A stretch of DNA of 64,000 nt. Origin: Spirochaetota bacterium. Its GTDB lineage: Bacteria > Spirochaetota > UBA4802 > JAFGDQ01. Shown here in pieces: positions 48,289 through 58,135 of this stretch. The translations under genes and the position numbers were made by a program. Numbering within the stretch: position 1 is the first letter of the stretch; every line of letters starts with the position of its first letter. The stretch is from contig JAZDKB010000009.1 of assembly GCA_043803405.1 (NCBI GenBank), forward strand, positions 85,383 through 149,382. The letters are read 5' to 3'. The notes under the pieces were generated by a model. That model searched no databases. It was not told where the DNA came from and was given only the letters and a program-made list of their open reading frames with translations.

Positions 48289-49982
48289 TATTTTTTATCC
48301 GGCATTCCCATGTTTACATTTATACTTTTCTTAGGTTCAAATCCGCCGTTTAAACATAAAACAAGCTGCTTAATGGATTCATGCGTACTGGAGAATGTGA
48401 AAAACACAGGGGGTAATCCTTTAATTGAACCCAGTGGGAACGGATTGCCTGTGCATAAAAAATACAACTTAATCTGATTTTCTTTGCATACATTTATAAT
48501 TTTATTAATTGAATTATTATCTATTCTATCAAATTGATAATAAGCAATAGTGTTTTTTAAAGATTTCTTTTCTTTGTTTTGTAACGCACTTTTTAATGTT
48601 TGATTAATAAAATCATTTTCTGTTTTAAATAATTTAATACTTTTTTTTAAGTCCTTATCAGCTAAAGAGCCGACTTCGGTTATAAAAAAACTATTTGATG
48701 AAATAAATATTTTTGAAAATTCATTATTAATAAAATCTTCTTTTCTATAGTTCGAACCGGAATAAAAATATATAGATTCTCTCGATACCTTCCTGTTCAG
48801 CTCTTCGGATTTCGTTAAAATCTCCGCTTCTTCTTTAGTATAATTATAATCTTCGTATTTACTTTTTCCTTCCTCATCATTCATTATTCCAAACCGCAAT
48901 TTTGTTTTAATGATTCTCTCGACCGATTCGTTTATTCGATCAACAGGGATTATCCCATCAGCAACAGCTTTGTTAAGAGCTCCCGAAATTATTTCAATAC
49001 TGTTACCGTAGGTGCTTACTAAAACGATATCAGTACCTGCAATTACAGATTTCACTGCAGCATCTCCCAAATCCATAATTTTTGAAACCGCATTCATTTC
49101 CATGTCATCTGTTATAACTATTCCTTTAAAATGCATTTTATTGCGTAAAATATCCGTCAGGAATTCTTTTGAAATTGTAGCAGGCAGATTATTTTTTAAA
49201 ATCTCAGGGAAAGATATATGAGCGGTCATAACTCCTTCTACGTTGTTATCTATAGCGCGAACAAAAGGTGGAAACTCGACCTTATGAAGTCTTTCAATAT
49301 TATGATGAATTACGGGCAAAGTCAAATGCGAGTCTTTATCAGTATCGCCATGGCCGGGGAAATGTTTACATACTGCAATGCATTTTGATTTTTGCAGTCC
49401 TTTAATATAGGCTGCACCTAGCCTGGAAACGATGTCAGAATCTGAACCAAAAGATCTGGTGTTTATTACCGGATTTAAAGAATTATTATTTACATCAATC
49501 GCAGGCGCAAGGTTCATATTTATTCCTATCATTCTGAGTTCCATTCCGGTAATCCTTGCACTGTCATAAACGAGTGATTCGTTATCTGCTACTCCAAAGG
49601 CCATATTACCCGGGAACTGGGTTACCCCGCTCGTAATGCGCCTTACTCTTCCTCCTTCCTGATCTATTGAAATAAACATAGGTATCCTGTAGTTGGATAT
49701 TGCCGTTTGCTGCATTTCTTTTATATATTGCCTGGTATCTTCCGTGCTTCCGATATTATAACCGAATAAAATAATTCCTCCCGGATAATAATTAGTAATG
49801 ATAGCTGTTGTTTCTTTGCAGATTTTGTTATCCGGAACTCCCAGCATAAGCATTTGTCCTATTTTCTCCTGCGTGCTCATTTTGCCGACCGCCTGGCCGG
49901 CTTTGTAATTTATTCTTGTTTCACAGCAAAGTAAGACAAATAGCAGAATAATCATTGATGAAATATTATATTTTGCCGGCAT
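48288..49982 (-). CDS. nagZ: Secreted glycoside hydrolase family 3 protein (NagZ-like beta-N-acetylhexosaminidase) with a C-terminal extension
   Basis: 'EKIGQMLMLGV', 'ISIDQEGGRV' and 'KHFPGHGDTDKDSHLTLP' are GH3 N-domain motifs. The roughly 200 aa C-terminal region is unassigned. Confidence 0.85.
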   Translation of the reverse strand: MPAKYNISSMIILLFVLLCCETRINYKAGQAVGKMSTQEKIGQMLMLGVPDNKICKETTAIITNYYPGGIILFGYNIGSTEDTRQYIKEMQQTAISNYRIPMFISIDQEGGRVRRITSGVTQFPGNMAFGVADNESLVYDSARITGMELRMIGINMNLAPAIDVNNNSLNPVINTRSFGSDSDIVSRLGAAYIKGLQKSKCIAVCKHFPGHGDTDKDSHLTLPVIHHNIERLHKVEFPPFVRAIDNNVEGVMTAHISFPEILKNNLPATISKEFLTDILRNKMHFKGIVITDDMEMNAVSKIMDLGDAAVKSVIAGTDIVLVSTYGNSIEIISGALNKAVADGIIPVDRINESVERIIKTKLRFGIMNDEEGKSKYEDYNYTKEEAEILTKSEELNRKVSRESIYFYSGSNYRKEDFINNEFSKIFISSNSFFITEVGSLADKDLKKSIKLFKTENDFINQTLKSALQNKEKKSLKNTIAYYQFDRIDNNSINKIINVCKENQIKLYFLCTGNPFPLGSIKGLPPVFFTFSSTHESIKQLVLCLNGGFEPKKSINVNMGMPDKK

Positions 49983-50125
49983 TAAAATACTCCTTGGAAT
50001 TTATAGCTCAGAATAAACAAAATATAGATCGATAATTAGTGTATTCAAGAATAAAATATATAATTGAATTTTTTTAAATCGTTTTTTAAACATGATGTTT
50101 TTAACATATATAACAGGAGAAAACA

Positions 50126-50872
50126 ATGAGCCTTAAAAAAGCAAAGGCAGCTTATTTAAATGCTGATTTCTTAACATCCAGAGAAGCCAGAACAATCAGA
50201 ATAACATCTGAATATCTTGAACCCGAAAAACGATTTGAAGAAATGAATATATTCCACACTGTTGTTTTTTTCGGCTCAGCCAGAACAAAAGATAACAAGG
50301 AAAGCAAATCTTACTGGGCTGCTGAAAATTTCGCATATAAGCTTGCAGAATGGTCAAAAGAACTGGAAAAGAATGGCGAAGGTTTCTATATTATGACAGG
50401 AGGCGGACCCGGCATTATGGAAGCTGCGAACAGGGGCGCAAACAGGGCGGGAGCAAAGACAATAGGTTTGAACATATCAATTCCTTTTGAACAGCAGCCA
50501 AATAAATATATATCGCCGGAATTAAATTTCGAATTCCATTATTTTTTTATGAGAAAACTCTGGTTTTTATATCATGCGAAAGCTCTTATAGTTTTTCCAG
50601 GCGGGTTCGGGACCCTGGATGAACTATTTGAAACACTCACCCTGTTACAAACCAGAAAAATTGAAAAGGGCAACATACCTATCCTGCTTTACGACCGTGA
50701 ATTCTGGGAAGGATTAATTAATTTCCGGAAACTTGTAGATGAAGATCTCATATCGTCTGAAGATCTTAATTTATTTCATTTTTTTGATGATCTGGACGAA
50801 GGCTTCAATTTTCTTAAGCCGAGGCTGGAAAAGTTTATAAATAAAGTAAATCACGGATTAATTAAAGTTTAA
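50126..50872 (+). CDS. LOG-family / TIGR00730 Rossmann-fold nucleotide-binding protein
   Basis: 'GGGPGIMEAANRGA' and 'PGGFGTLDELFE' are the LOG-family signatures. Confidence 0.85.
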   Translation: MSLKKAKAAYLNADFLTSREARTIRITSEYLEPEKRFEEMNIFHTVVFFGSARTKDNKESKSYWAAENFAYKLAEWSKELEKNGEGFYIMTGGGPGIMEAANRGANRAGAKTIGLNISIPFEQQPNKYISPELNFEFHYFFMRKLWFLYHAKALIVFPGGFGTLDELFETLTLLQTRKIEKGNIPILLYDREFWEGLINFRKLVDEDLISSEDLNLFHFFDDLDEGFNFLKPRLEKFINKVNHGLIKV

Positions 50873-51080
50873 ATAAAAAATTATTTTATTTTATGCTGTT
50901 AATAGTTATTTGAACTCATCTCAATAATGGCCGGTACTTTGAAAATTTGATAGAATTATAAAGATTTTATCATTGATTTTTTTTTATTATTTTATATCCT
51001 GTTAAAAGCCATATCCTATAAAGCGTTTAATTATTATATCCGGACCTTTTCAAATAAAATATGTTTTCAGGAAGAAAAGC

Positions 51081-51716
51081 ATGAAAAACAATGTATTGAA
51101 ACTCTGTATTATCCTGTTATTTTTCTATATATCACCATCAAGCTCTTTCGGCGCAGTACAATACGGTAAATACATCAATAATACGTACAATTATGAAATA
51201 ATAATACCGTTGTCATGGCAAAAGAAGGAATCAACAATCCAGAATAAACATGTAATGTATGCCTCGATAAACCCGAATACCGGGATCAAGGTAAGGGCAT
51301 TTAAGTCATCAGACGAGGATATTGAGAAAATAGTCCATTCCGAAACATGGGACCTGCGGAAAATAGATCCGAAATTAAGCAAAATTATCGAAACGGAAAA
51401 AATTACAGTAAAAAAGAATATTACCGGAAAGTTATTAATATTTGAATATAGATCGAAAAAGAATGATATTTTACAAAGGACACTGATAACTTTAAACAAT
51501 AAAATAATTTACATTGTCGAATGCAAATCGCCGCGATTTAATTTCAGTAAATATGAAGATATTTTCACTACTGCACTGGCAAGTTTTAAATACATTCAGG
51601 CCGGTGCCGGACAGGACGCAGCCATAAAGGATGAACCCCCTAAAGAGGAAATCATTAAAGAAAAACCGAAAGAACAACCGCAGGAAGAACTTATTGAAGA
51701 GGACGAAAAGCTTTAA
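51081..51716 (+). CDS. Hypothetical secreted protein with a Pro/Glu/Lys-rich tail
   Basis: Signal peptide 'LKLCIILLFFYISPSSSFG'. No recognised motifs. Confidence 0.6.
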   Translation: MKNNVLKLCIILLFFYISPSSSFGAVQYGKYINNTYNYEIIIPLSWQKKESTIQNKHVMYASINPNTGIKVRAFKSSDEDIEKIVHSETWDLRKIDPKLSKIIETEKITVKKNITGKLLIFEYRSKKNDILQRTLITLNNKIIYIVECKSPRFNFSKYEDIFTTALASFKYIQAGAGQDAAIKDEPPKEEIIKEKPKEQPQEELIEEDEKL

Positions 51717-51723
51717 AACTGAT

Positions 51724-51809
51724 TGCCCAAGGCCGGACTTGAACCGGCACGGATGTTAAGGTCCGAGGGATTTTAAGTCCCTTGTGTCTACCAATTCCAC
51801 CACTTGGGC
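51724..51809 (-). tRNA. tRNA-Leu (anticodon UAA), class II
   Basis: The reverse complement folds with acceptor GCCCAAG/CTTGGGC, anticodon arm AGGGA-CTTAAAA-TCCCT, a long variable arm, and T-arm GCCGG-TTCAAGT-CCGGC. Confidence 0.9.
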
Positions 51810-51820
51810 ATGGTTAAAAT

Positions 51821-51892
51821 AGGCGCCGAGCGGATTTGAACCGCTGCATAAAGGTTTTGCAGACCTCTCCCTTGCCACTTGGGTACGGCGCC
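51821..51892 (-). tRNA. tRNA-Cys (anticodon GCA)
   Basis: The reverse complement folds with acceptor GGCGCCG/CGGCGCC, anticodon arm GAGGT-CTGCAAA-ACCTT, T-arm AGCGG-TTCAAAT-CCGCT and discriminator U. Confidence 0.9.
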
Positions 51893-51998
51893 ATTGACAA
51901 ATACATCACCTAAATACAAACATCTATCTAATACACAAATCTTTTGTCAATCAAAAAAGCCGAATGTTAAATACCTGCATTTTAGTGCTCCGGTTATT

Positions 51999-52409
51999 TT
52001 AAAAATTAATAAATTTCGCATCTCCCCATAACCGTTCCAGCTGATAATATTCCCTGAGATCCTTTGTGAATATATGTATTACTATTTCATAATAATCAAG
52101 CGCTATCCATCCGCTATCCAGTCTTGGATTAGGCACCCCCTGAAAACTTATGTTCTTAAAATATTTCTGAACTTCTTTTGCGAGAGCGCCGCAATGAATA
52201 TGCGAATTGCCTGTACAAATAATAAAATAATCGAAATAACTGTTTATTTTTCTTAAATCCATGAGAAGTATATCTTTTGCTTTCTTCTCATCAAGAAGAG
52301 CTGCACAGTTTTTTGCTGTCTCAAGAATTTTACTTTCCGGTATATTTTTTTTTAACACTTCATGCAATCCTGATGATCTATTTCTGTTATTTATATTTCG
52401 CAAGGTCAC
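51999..52409 (-). CDS. rsfS: Ribosomal silencing factor RsfS (iojap family)
   Basis: 'KKAKDILLMDLRKINSYFDYFIICTGNSHIHCGALAKEV' and 'WIALDYYEIVIHIF..REYYQLERLW' are typical RsfS blocks. It follows nadD-LCP, a common arrangement. Confidence 0.85.
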   Translation of the reverse strand: MTLRNINNRNRSSGLHEVLKKNIPESKILETAKNCAALLDEKKAKDILLMDLRKINSYFDYFIICTGNSHIHCGALAKEVQKYFKNISFQGVPNPRLDSGWIALDYYEIVIHIFTKDLREYYQLERLWGDAKFINF

Positions 52410-53499
52410 TGCCGATTATTATAAGCACATTAGTAAGCTGACTGCTGTCTACAATATGATAAATATTTGTGACCCCCAGAAGGTCGGCGACTTTTTTTAC
52501 AGGCCCAATTTCTCCTCTTCTATTTATAATTACCGTCTTTTCAAATGCCGGGTAAGGAGCAGTGCCGAACTCAAGGACATTAAATCCCTGGGTCACAAAT
52601 TTATACCTAATTTTTCTGGCAAGTCCTGCAACATCGGTACCGTTTAATATTTTTACTTTAACCTGCTGCTCGGACTCATCATCTACAACAAGTTTTCTTA
52701 AAAATTCTTTGGAATATATTTTATAAGCGATCTCATCTATAGCGTAAAAGCCGTCTTTTCCCGAAAAACCGGGTAATACAGTACATATTAAATCAGAATT
52801 CTTTTTTCTTAATAATTTTGTAAGTGATAAAATTTCCTGTGGAAGTAAATTAGTTTTTACTGTTTTTATAATTTCAGAAATAAACTCAATATTAAAAAAT
52901 TTTTCATATTTTTCTTTATTGTAAAACAATGTTAACAAAATATTCTGTATCCGATCGTATTTTTTATAAATTGAATTCTCTTCCACTGAATTTATATATT
53001 GATTTACTTTATCACCATTAAAATAATTAAGGCCGAAATTTATTCCGTGAATATTCATCCCGTCCAGCACATAAAGTTCGATTCCGTTGATAAGATCAAT
53101 AAATCTTTCAACATCAGGCGAATACAGAACAACATAAAACGGAATATTTATTTTTAAATCACGCCCTAAAGATTTGCTTAAATCATTAAAATCATTAATA
53201 TTAATTTCGCTGATTTTATTAAAATTTTTACCTTTTCCGTTAAAGTCTACTCTGTATTCAGGAGGTATAAACGTTATTCCGATTTTACTTTTTTCCGGGT
53301 TAATGCTTAATATGGCGTAAAAGATATGCTTGTTTTTTTTATAAACATTGCTTCCTGCAATAAGTATATTAATCATTTTCCTGCTTTCAACAAAGTTATC
53401 AACAGCATTTCTGGTGTTTTTTTTATAAAATAAAAATATGAACAGAAAAATGACTATTGCAGCTAAAGATATGCTGATAATGGCAATCTTATTTTTCAA
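52387..53499 (-). CDS. LytR-CpsA-Psr (LCP)-like protein with a LytR_C-type C-terminal domain
   Basis: N-terminal TM anchor, then an LCP-like core ('INILIAGS...'). C-terminal 'VKVKILNGTDVAGLARKIRYKFVTQGFNV' resembles the LytR_C domain. Confidence 0.65.
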   Translation of the reverse strand: MKNKIAIISISLAAIVIFLFIFLFYKKNTRNAVDNFVESRKMINILIAGSNVYKKNKHIFYAILSINPEKSKIGITFIPPEYRVDFNGKGKNFNKISEININDFNDLSKSLGRDLKINIPFYVVLYSPDVERFIDLINGIELYVLDGMNIHGINFGLNYFNGDKVNQYINSVEENSIYKKYDRIQNILLTLFYNKEKYEKFFNIEFISEIIKTVKTNLLPQEILSLTKLLRKKNSDLICTVLPGFSGKDGFYAIDEIAYKIYSKEFLRKLVVDDESEQQVKVKILNGTDVAGLARKIRYKFVTQGFNVLEFGTAPYPAFEKTVIINRRGEIGPVKKVADLLGVTNIYHIVDSSQLTNVLIIIGSDLAKYK

Positions 53500-54080
53500 A
53501 ATTTATAAAGCTCCTTTTTGATTATATATTTTCCCACGTCCGGCGGCACCAGATATCTGATCGATTTACCATTTCTTATGTTGCTTCTGATCCCGGAGGA
53601 ACTTATCTCGATTAGTGGATTATTAATTAATTTTACATCTTTTGCCTTTCTCATAATTTTTGTATTAATCTGATCGTACCCGGGCCGCTCCATAATAATA
53701 AAGGAAAGCATCTGCAATAATTGATCAGCATTTTTCCATGTATCTACTTCATTAAAGGCGTCCGTTCCAATTAACAAGAATAATTCGGAATTCTTATAAA
53801 TTGTAAATAATTGTTTTATCGTAGTAATAAAATATGATTCGTCCGGCCTGTCTAACTCGATCCTTGAGGCCTCGAAATAAGGATTTTCCGATACAGCAAG
53901 CTCCACCATTTTAAATCTGTCATCTGAGGAAATATTGCCCTCGAGTACTTTATGAACCGGATGTCTGGAAGGAATAAACAGGACTTTGTCGAGCTGGAAA
54001 GCCTCTCTGATTATCTCGGCGTTTATTAAATGTCCATAATGTACAGGATTGAATGTACCGCCTAATAGTCCGATTTTCAA
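53496..54080 (-). CDS. nadD: Nicotinate-nucleotide adenylyltransferase
   Basis: 'GLLGGTFNPVHYGHL' is the (H/T)xGH nucleotidyltransferase motif, with the 'ISSSGIR' motif near the C-terminus. 4-nt overlaps with both neighbouring genes. Confidence 0.9.
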   Translation of the reverse strand: MKIGLLGGTFNPVHYGHLINAEIIREAFQLDKVLFIPSRHPVHKVLEGNISSDDRFKMVELAVSENPYFEASRIELDRPDESYFITTIKQLFTIYKNSELFLLIGTDAFNEVDTWKNADQLLQMLSFIIMERPGYDQINTKIMRKAKDVKLINNPLIEISSSGIRSNIRNGKSIRYLVPPDVGKYIIKKELYKF

Positions 54081-55339
54081 TTTCTTATCTGGCCGCTCCC
54101 GTATATTACATATTTCAGGCAGGTTAAGCCCATTATACCCATGGTCCCGCGCGCATGGAGTTTCTGCGTGGAAATCCCGATCTCAGCTCCAAGCCCGAAC
54201 TCGCCTCCATCATGAAACCTTGTAGAAGAGTTTACAAATACTGCGGAAGAGTCAACTTTTTTCAGATAGTTTTCCGCGTTCTCATAGTCTGCTGTTACAA
54301 TCGCTTCGGAATGATTGGACCCGTACCTGTGTATATGATTTATTGCTTCTTCCATTGAATCTACTATTCTGACAGCCAATATCAAATCAAGATATTCTTC
54401 GTGCCAATCCGCTTCCGAAGCTTTTTTTACTTTTTCGGGCAATATGGCTAAAGTCCTATCGCATCCCCTGATCTCTACTCCCTTGTCGATAAGCGCTTTT
54501 AGCAGCCGCTTTGTTTCCGGAAAATCTTTATGAATCAGCAGGGTTTCCATCGCGTTGCAGACACCCGGCCTCTGGACTTTAGCATTAACTGAAATATTTA
54601 TTGCCATCTCGGGTTCCGCGCTTTTGTCAATAAACGTATGACATACGCCTTTATCATGTTTAATAACAGGAATACGCGATTCTGCACTGACCATTTTTAT
54701 GAGGCTTTCGCCGCCTCTTGGAATAACGATATCGATATACCCACTCATTTTAAGCAGCTGGATTACTGCTTCGTGCTCTGTTCTGTCAATAAAAGACACA
54801 GCCCCTACAGGGCACACGGATTTTTTAAGAACTTCATTGATAACGGAATAAAGGGCTTTGTTTGAAAATATCGATTCTTTACCGCCGCGGAGTATTGCTG
54901 CGTTTCCGGACTTTATTGCGAGAGCTGCAATATCCGTAGTTACATTAGGCCTGGATTCATATATCACTGCCACAACACCGATCGGGACTCTCATCTGCCC
55001 TACCCTGATGCCCGACGGCCTTACGCTCATAGATTCGATCCTGCCAACCGGATCTTCCAGCCTGGCAATATCTTCAATTGATGCTGCCATTCCGTTAAGC
55101 CTGTCGCTGTTCAGCAAAAGCCTGTCACGGACAGCTTTTGAAAGACCGGCTTTATCGGCCTCCGAAAGGTCTTTCTTATTTTCATCAGCGATAAAACCGG
55201 ATTTCTCACGGATAGCCGCAGCAATATCATATAAAATTTTATTTTTTTCGTTTGTCGACAGGTTGGCAATTACTCTGGAAGCATTTTTGGCTTCTTCGCA
55301 AATACTGCCGATATATTCTGTAATATCCTTTTCAATCAT
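54077..55339 (-). CDS. proA: Gamma-glutamyl phosphate reductase
   Basis: Aldehyde dehydrogenase fold with 'VIYESRPNVT', 'ILRGGKES' and 'VCNAMETLLIH' (catalytic Cys). 420 aa. Confidence 0.92.
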   Translation of the reverse strand: MIEKDITEYIGSICEEAKNASRVIANLSTNEKNKILYDIAAAIREKSGFIADENKKDLSEADKAGLSKAVRDRLLLNSDRLNGMAASIEDIARLEDPVGRIESMSVRPSGIRVGQMRVPIGVVAVIYESRPNVTTDIAALAIKSGNAAILRGGKESIFSNKALYSVINEVLKKSVCPVGAVSFIDRTEHEAVIQLLKMSGYIDIVIPRGGESLIKMVSAESRIPVIKHDKGVCHTFIDKSAEPEMAINISVNAKVQRPGVCNAMETLLIHKDFPETKRLLKALIDKGVEIRGCDRTLAILPEKVKKASEADWHEEYLDLILAVRIVDSMEEAINHIHRYGSNHSEAIVTADYENAENYLKKVDSSAVFVNSSTRFHDGGEFGLGAEIGISTQKLHARGTMGIMGLTCLKYVIYGSGQIRN

Positions 55340-55373
55340 AATAACTAATGTGAATCTTTCCTTAAATCAGCTG

Positions 55374-55550
55374 TCAAGCTTTCCCTTTTTTATCTTTCTT
55401 ATCATCTTCGGTATTTTCACCGCTGATGCTTTTTTTAAACTCCCTGATTCCGCCGCCGATATCTTTGGCTATCTTAGGGATTTTACCTGCTCCGAACAAA
55501 AGAAGAACGATAAAAAATATAATTACTAATTCTCCCATTCCAAGTCCCAT
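55374..55550 (-). CDS. tatA: Twin-arginine translocase subunit TatA/E (58 aa; below the 60-aa cut-off of the ORF track)
   Basis: Hand translation of the minus strand gives MGLGMGELVIIFFIVLLLFGAGKIPKIAKDIGGGIREFKKSISGENTEDDKKDKKGKA. It has the TatA hallmark TM helix, 'FGAGK.P' and an amphipathic 'GIREFKK'. GGAGGT lies 6 nt upstream of the ATG. Confidence 0.85.
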   Translation of the reverse strand: MGLGMGELVIIFFIVLLLFGAGKIPKIAKDIGGGIREFKKSISGENTEDDKKDKKGKA

Positions 55551-55626
55551 AATTTACCTCCAGATGATGCTTATTCGATATAAACAGTTTTTTTATTCGT
55601 TTGTCAAATACAATAAATGATCCGGG

Positions 55627-56634
55627 CTACATCTTTTGTGCCAACAGTTCCGCGATCTGAACAGCATTAAGCGCCGCACCCTTCCGAAGCTGGTCACCCG
55701 AGATAAAGAAATTCAGCCCGTTATCGCAGGAAACATCCTTGCGGATCCTTCCGACGTAACAATCGTCTTTTCCTGCCGCAAATAGCGGCATAGGGTACTT
55801 GCTGTTCGCTACATCATCAAATACCTGCAGCCCTGGCGCTTTCGAAAAAAGCTCCCTTGCCTTTTCAGGGGAAACCGGTTTTTCGGTTTCAATTGTAACA
55901 GCTTCCGAGTGCGCAGTAAACACAGGCACCCTTACGCAGGTAGCAGTTACTTTTATTGAAGTGTCACCCATTATCTTTTGCGTCTCATTATACATTTTCA
56001 TCTCTTCTTTAGTGTATCCGTTATCCAGAAAGACATCGATATGCGGTATCAGGTTATAAAGGAGCTGATGCTTAAAGAACTCAACCTTTATTTCATGCCC
56101 TGCCGCCCACGCACGCGCCTGGTTCTCAAGCTCGTACATGCCTTTGGCGCCCGCACCGGAAGCAGACTGATAAGATGATACGACGACTCTGCTTATTCTA
56201 CTGTGATCGTGAATGGGCTTTAGCGCAACAACCATTATTATTGTAGTGCAGTTCGGATTAGCAATAATCCCTTTATGTTTAAACGCATCGTCCGGATTAA
56301 CTTCCGGAACAACAAGAGGAACGTCTTTTTCCATTCTAAAGGCGGAACTGTTGTCAATAACAACTGTGCCGTCAAGTACGGCAGAAGGTACGAATTCCCT
56401 GCTTATTGAAGCTCCGGCAGAAAAAAGAGCTATGTTTATATTTTTAAAGCTGGTATGTTTCAGTTCTTCTACTTTGTAAGATTTATGATTAAAGGTGTAT
56501 TCCTTTCCGGCAGATCTTTTTGATGCCAGCAACACAAGTTTATCCACCGGGAAGTTACGCTGTTCAAGAATTTTAAGCATCGTTTCGCCGACAGCGCCGG
56601 TCGCACCAGCTATTGCCACATTATATTTTTTCAT
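55627..56634 (-). CDS. asd: Aspartate-semialdehyde dehydrogenase
   Basis: 'VAIAGATGAVGE' NAD(P) motif. 'IANPNCTTI' carries the catalytic Cys. 'SGAGAKG'. 335 aa. Confidence 0.92.
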   Translation of the reverse strand: MKKYNVAIAGATGAVGETMLKILEQRNFPVDKLVLLASKRSAGKEYTFNHKSYKVEELKHTSFKNINIALFSAGASISREFVPSAVLDGTVVIDNSSAFRMEKDVPLVVPEVNPDDAFKHKGIIANPNCTTIIMVVALKPIHDHSRISRVVVSSYQSASGAGAKGMYELENQARAWAAGHEIKVEFFKHQLLYNLIPHIDVFLDNGYTKEEMKMYNETQKIMGDTSIKVTATCVRVPVFTAHSEAVTIETEKPVSPEKARELFSKAPGLQVFDDVANSKYPMPLFAAGKDDCYVGRIRKDVSCDNGLNFFISGDQLRKGAALNAVQIAELLAQKM

Positions 56635-56729
56635 AGCTCCTCTTAATTTAATTATTTCGCTTTGTTGAATACATACCTTAAAAAAATAATTTGACTCTTT
56701 TGCAACAAAAAAATTTTTAAAATATATTT

Positions 56730-57833
56730 TTATTTAAAATTTTGAATTATATTCTCAACATTGTCGAGGAGAGCCTTAACAGCATCGGCAGCCTTTATTG
56801 TTTTCAGTTTTTTTCCTTTGGAGAAAAGCAGCATTTTCCCCTTTCTTCCTCCGGCTATGCCTATATCCGCGTGAGCCGCTTCCCCCGGGCCGTTTACCTC
56901 GCAGCCCATAACCGCAATTGTTAAGCTGATATTTTTCTCCTTAAGCGCATTACCGAATTTTGCGTTTAATTCAGTTTCGACGCTTTGCGCAAGGGAAAGA
57001 ATATCGAGTGAAGGATCGGTTCTCCCGCAGGTGGGGCACGATATTATACGCAAAACAGGCTTTCGCTCGCCCACAGACTCCAGTATCTTCTTTGCAACAA
57101 CGATCTCATCCGCAGGATCGCCTGTCATACTGACGCGTATTGTGTCGCCAATACCGTTAAGAAGCAAATGACCTATCGTTATTGAACTCTGAACAGCGCA
57201 CGACATCCCGTAACCCGCCTCTGTAAGCCCAAGATGCAGCGGATAATTCCTTACGGAGGAAAAAAGCTCATTTGCCTCAATCGTCTGAAAAATATCCGAG
57301 GATTTTATGGACACAACAATATCGAAAAAATCATTATCCTCCAGAATTTTTATGTGCTCCATGGCAGAATCAACCAGGCTTTGCGGAGAAACGCTGCCGT
57401 ACTTTTTTGTATCCACAGAACCGCTGTTTACGCCCACACGTATGGGCACCGAGTAATCCTTTGCGGCCTTCAGCACCTCCCTCACTTTATCCGCGCTGCC
57501 GATATTCCCCGGATTTATCCTCACCTTGTCAATGCCGGCCTCGATCGACTTAATCGCTATCCTGTAATTAAAGTGCACATCCGCGGAAAGCGGCGTATCC
57601 ACGGCTTTCCGTATTTTTTTAAGATATTTAATCGACTCTTCGTTTCGTACAGCAAGCCTCATAAGACCGGCTCCCTCATCTGTCAATTTTCGTATTTGTT
57701 TTATTGTGCCTTCAACATCCTCTATAGGAACATTTGTCATAGACTGAATTGACACAGGAGCATCTCCGCCTATTCCAAGGCCGCGCACCACAACTTTTCT
57801 TGTTTGTTTTCTGTTTTGTCTTAAATTGTCCAT
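56730..57833 (-). CDS. ispG: 4-hydroxy-3-methylbut-2-en-1-yl diphosphate synthase
   Basis: 'PVSIQSMTN', 'VRINPGNIG', and the [4Fe-4S] ligand motifs 'SCPTCGR' and 'VMGCEVNGPGEA'. Confidence 0.92.
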   Translation of the reverse strand: MDNLRQNRKQTRKVVVRGLGIGGDAPVSIQSMTNVPIEDVEGTIKQIRKLTDEGAGLMRLAVRNEESIKYLKKIRKAVDTPLSADVHFNYRIAIKSIEAGIDKVRINPGNIGSADKVREVLKAAKDYSVPIRVGVNSGSVDTKKYGSVSPQSLVDSAMEHIKILEDNDFFDIVVSIKSSDIFQTIEANELFSSVRNYPLHLGLTEAGYGMSCAVQSSITIGHLLLNGIGDTIRVSMTGDPADEIVVAKKILESVGERKPVLRIISCPTCGRTDPSLDILSLAQSVETELNAKFGNALKEKNISLTIAVMGCEVNGPGEAAHADIGIAGGRKGKMLLFSKGKKLKTIKAADAVKALLDNVENIIQNFK

Positions 57834-58135
57834 GCTGCTAATTACTTTCTAAATTAATAACTCATGCGTAATCGTTAACTATTTTCCCGTCGAGCAACCG
57901 GGGGAAATCCTGTTGTTAACCAGGAACTAAATAGCACCTATTAAAGCATAAAATCAAGTAAATAAATTTTATTAGTTAATGTATAAGCGTATAGGAACTG
58001 GAAAAATTTATTATTTTAGCTTAAAATTAAATACTTTTTCATAGATATATTATATCTTGACAAAAAATCTGATTCGATTTATCGGGATTGTTAAAAAAGC
58101 AGAATATCAATTGAATATTATTTATAGAGGATCTT

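Noticed and set aside
54858-55529. 223-aa + strand ORF, and 55426..55620
   Set aside because: They run antisense to proA and to the hand-identified tatA. The sequence is Ser/Ala/Ile-rich with no RBS. The minus-strand genes explain the region.
57234-57752. 172-aa and 93-aa + strand ORFs inside ispG. Similar antisense ORFs occur inside htrA (32091..32660, 32462..32905), the acyl-CoA dehydrogenase (36194..36655) and the PBP (30605..31006)
   Set aside because: Each is fully nested antisense in a gene with clear family motifs. No independent support.
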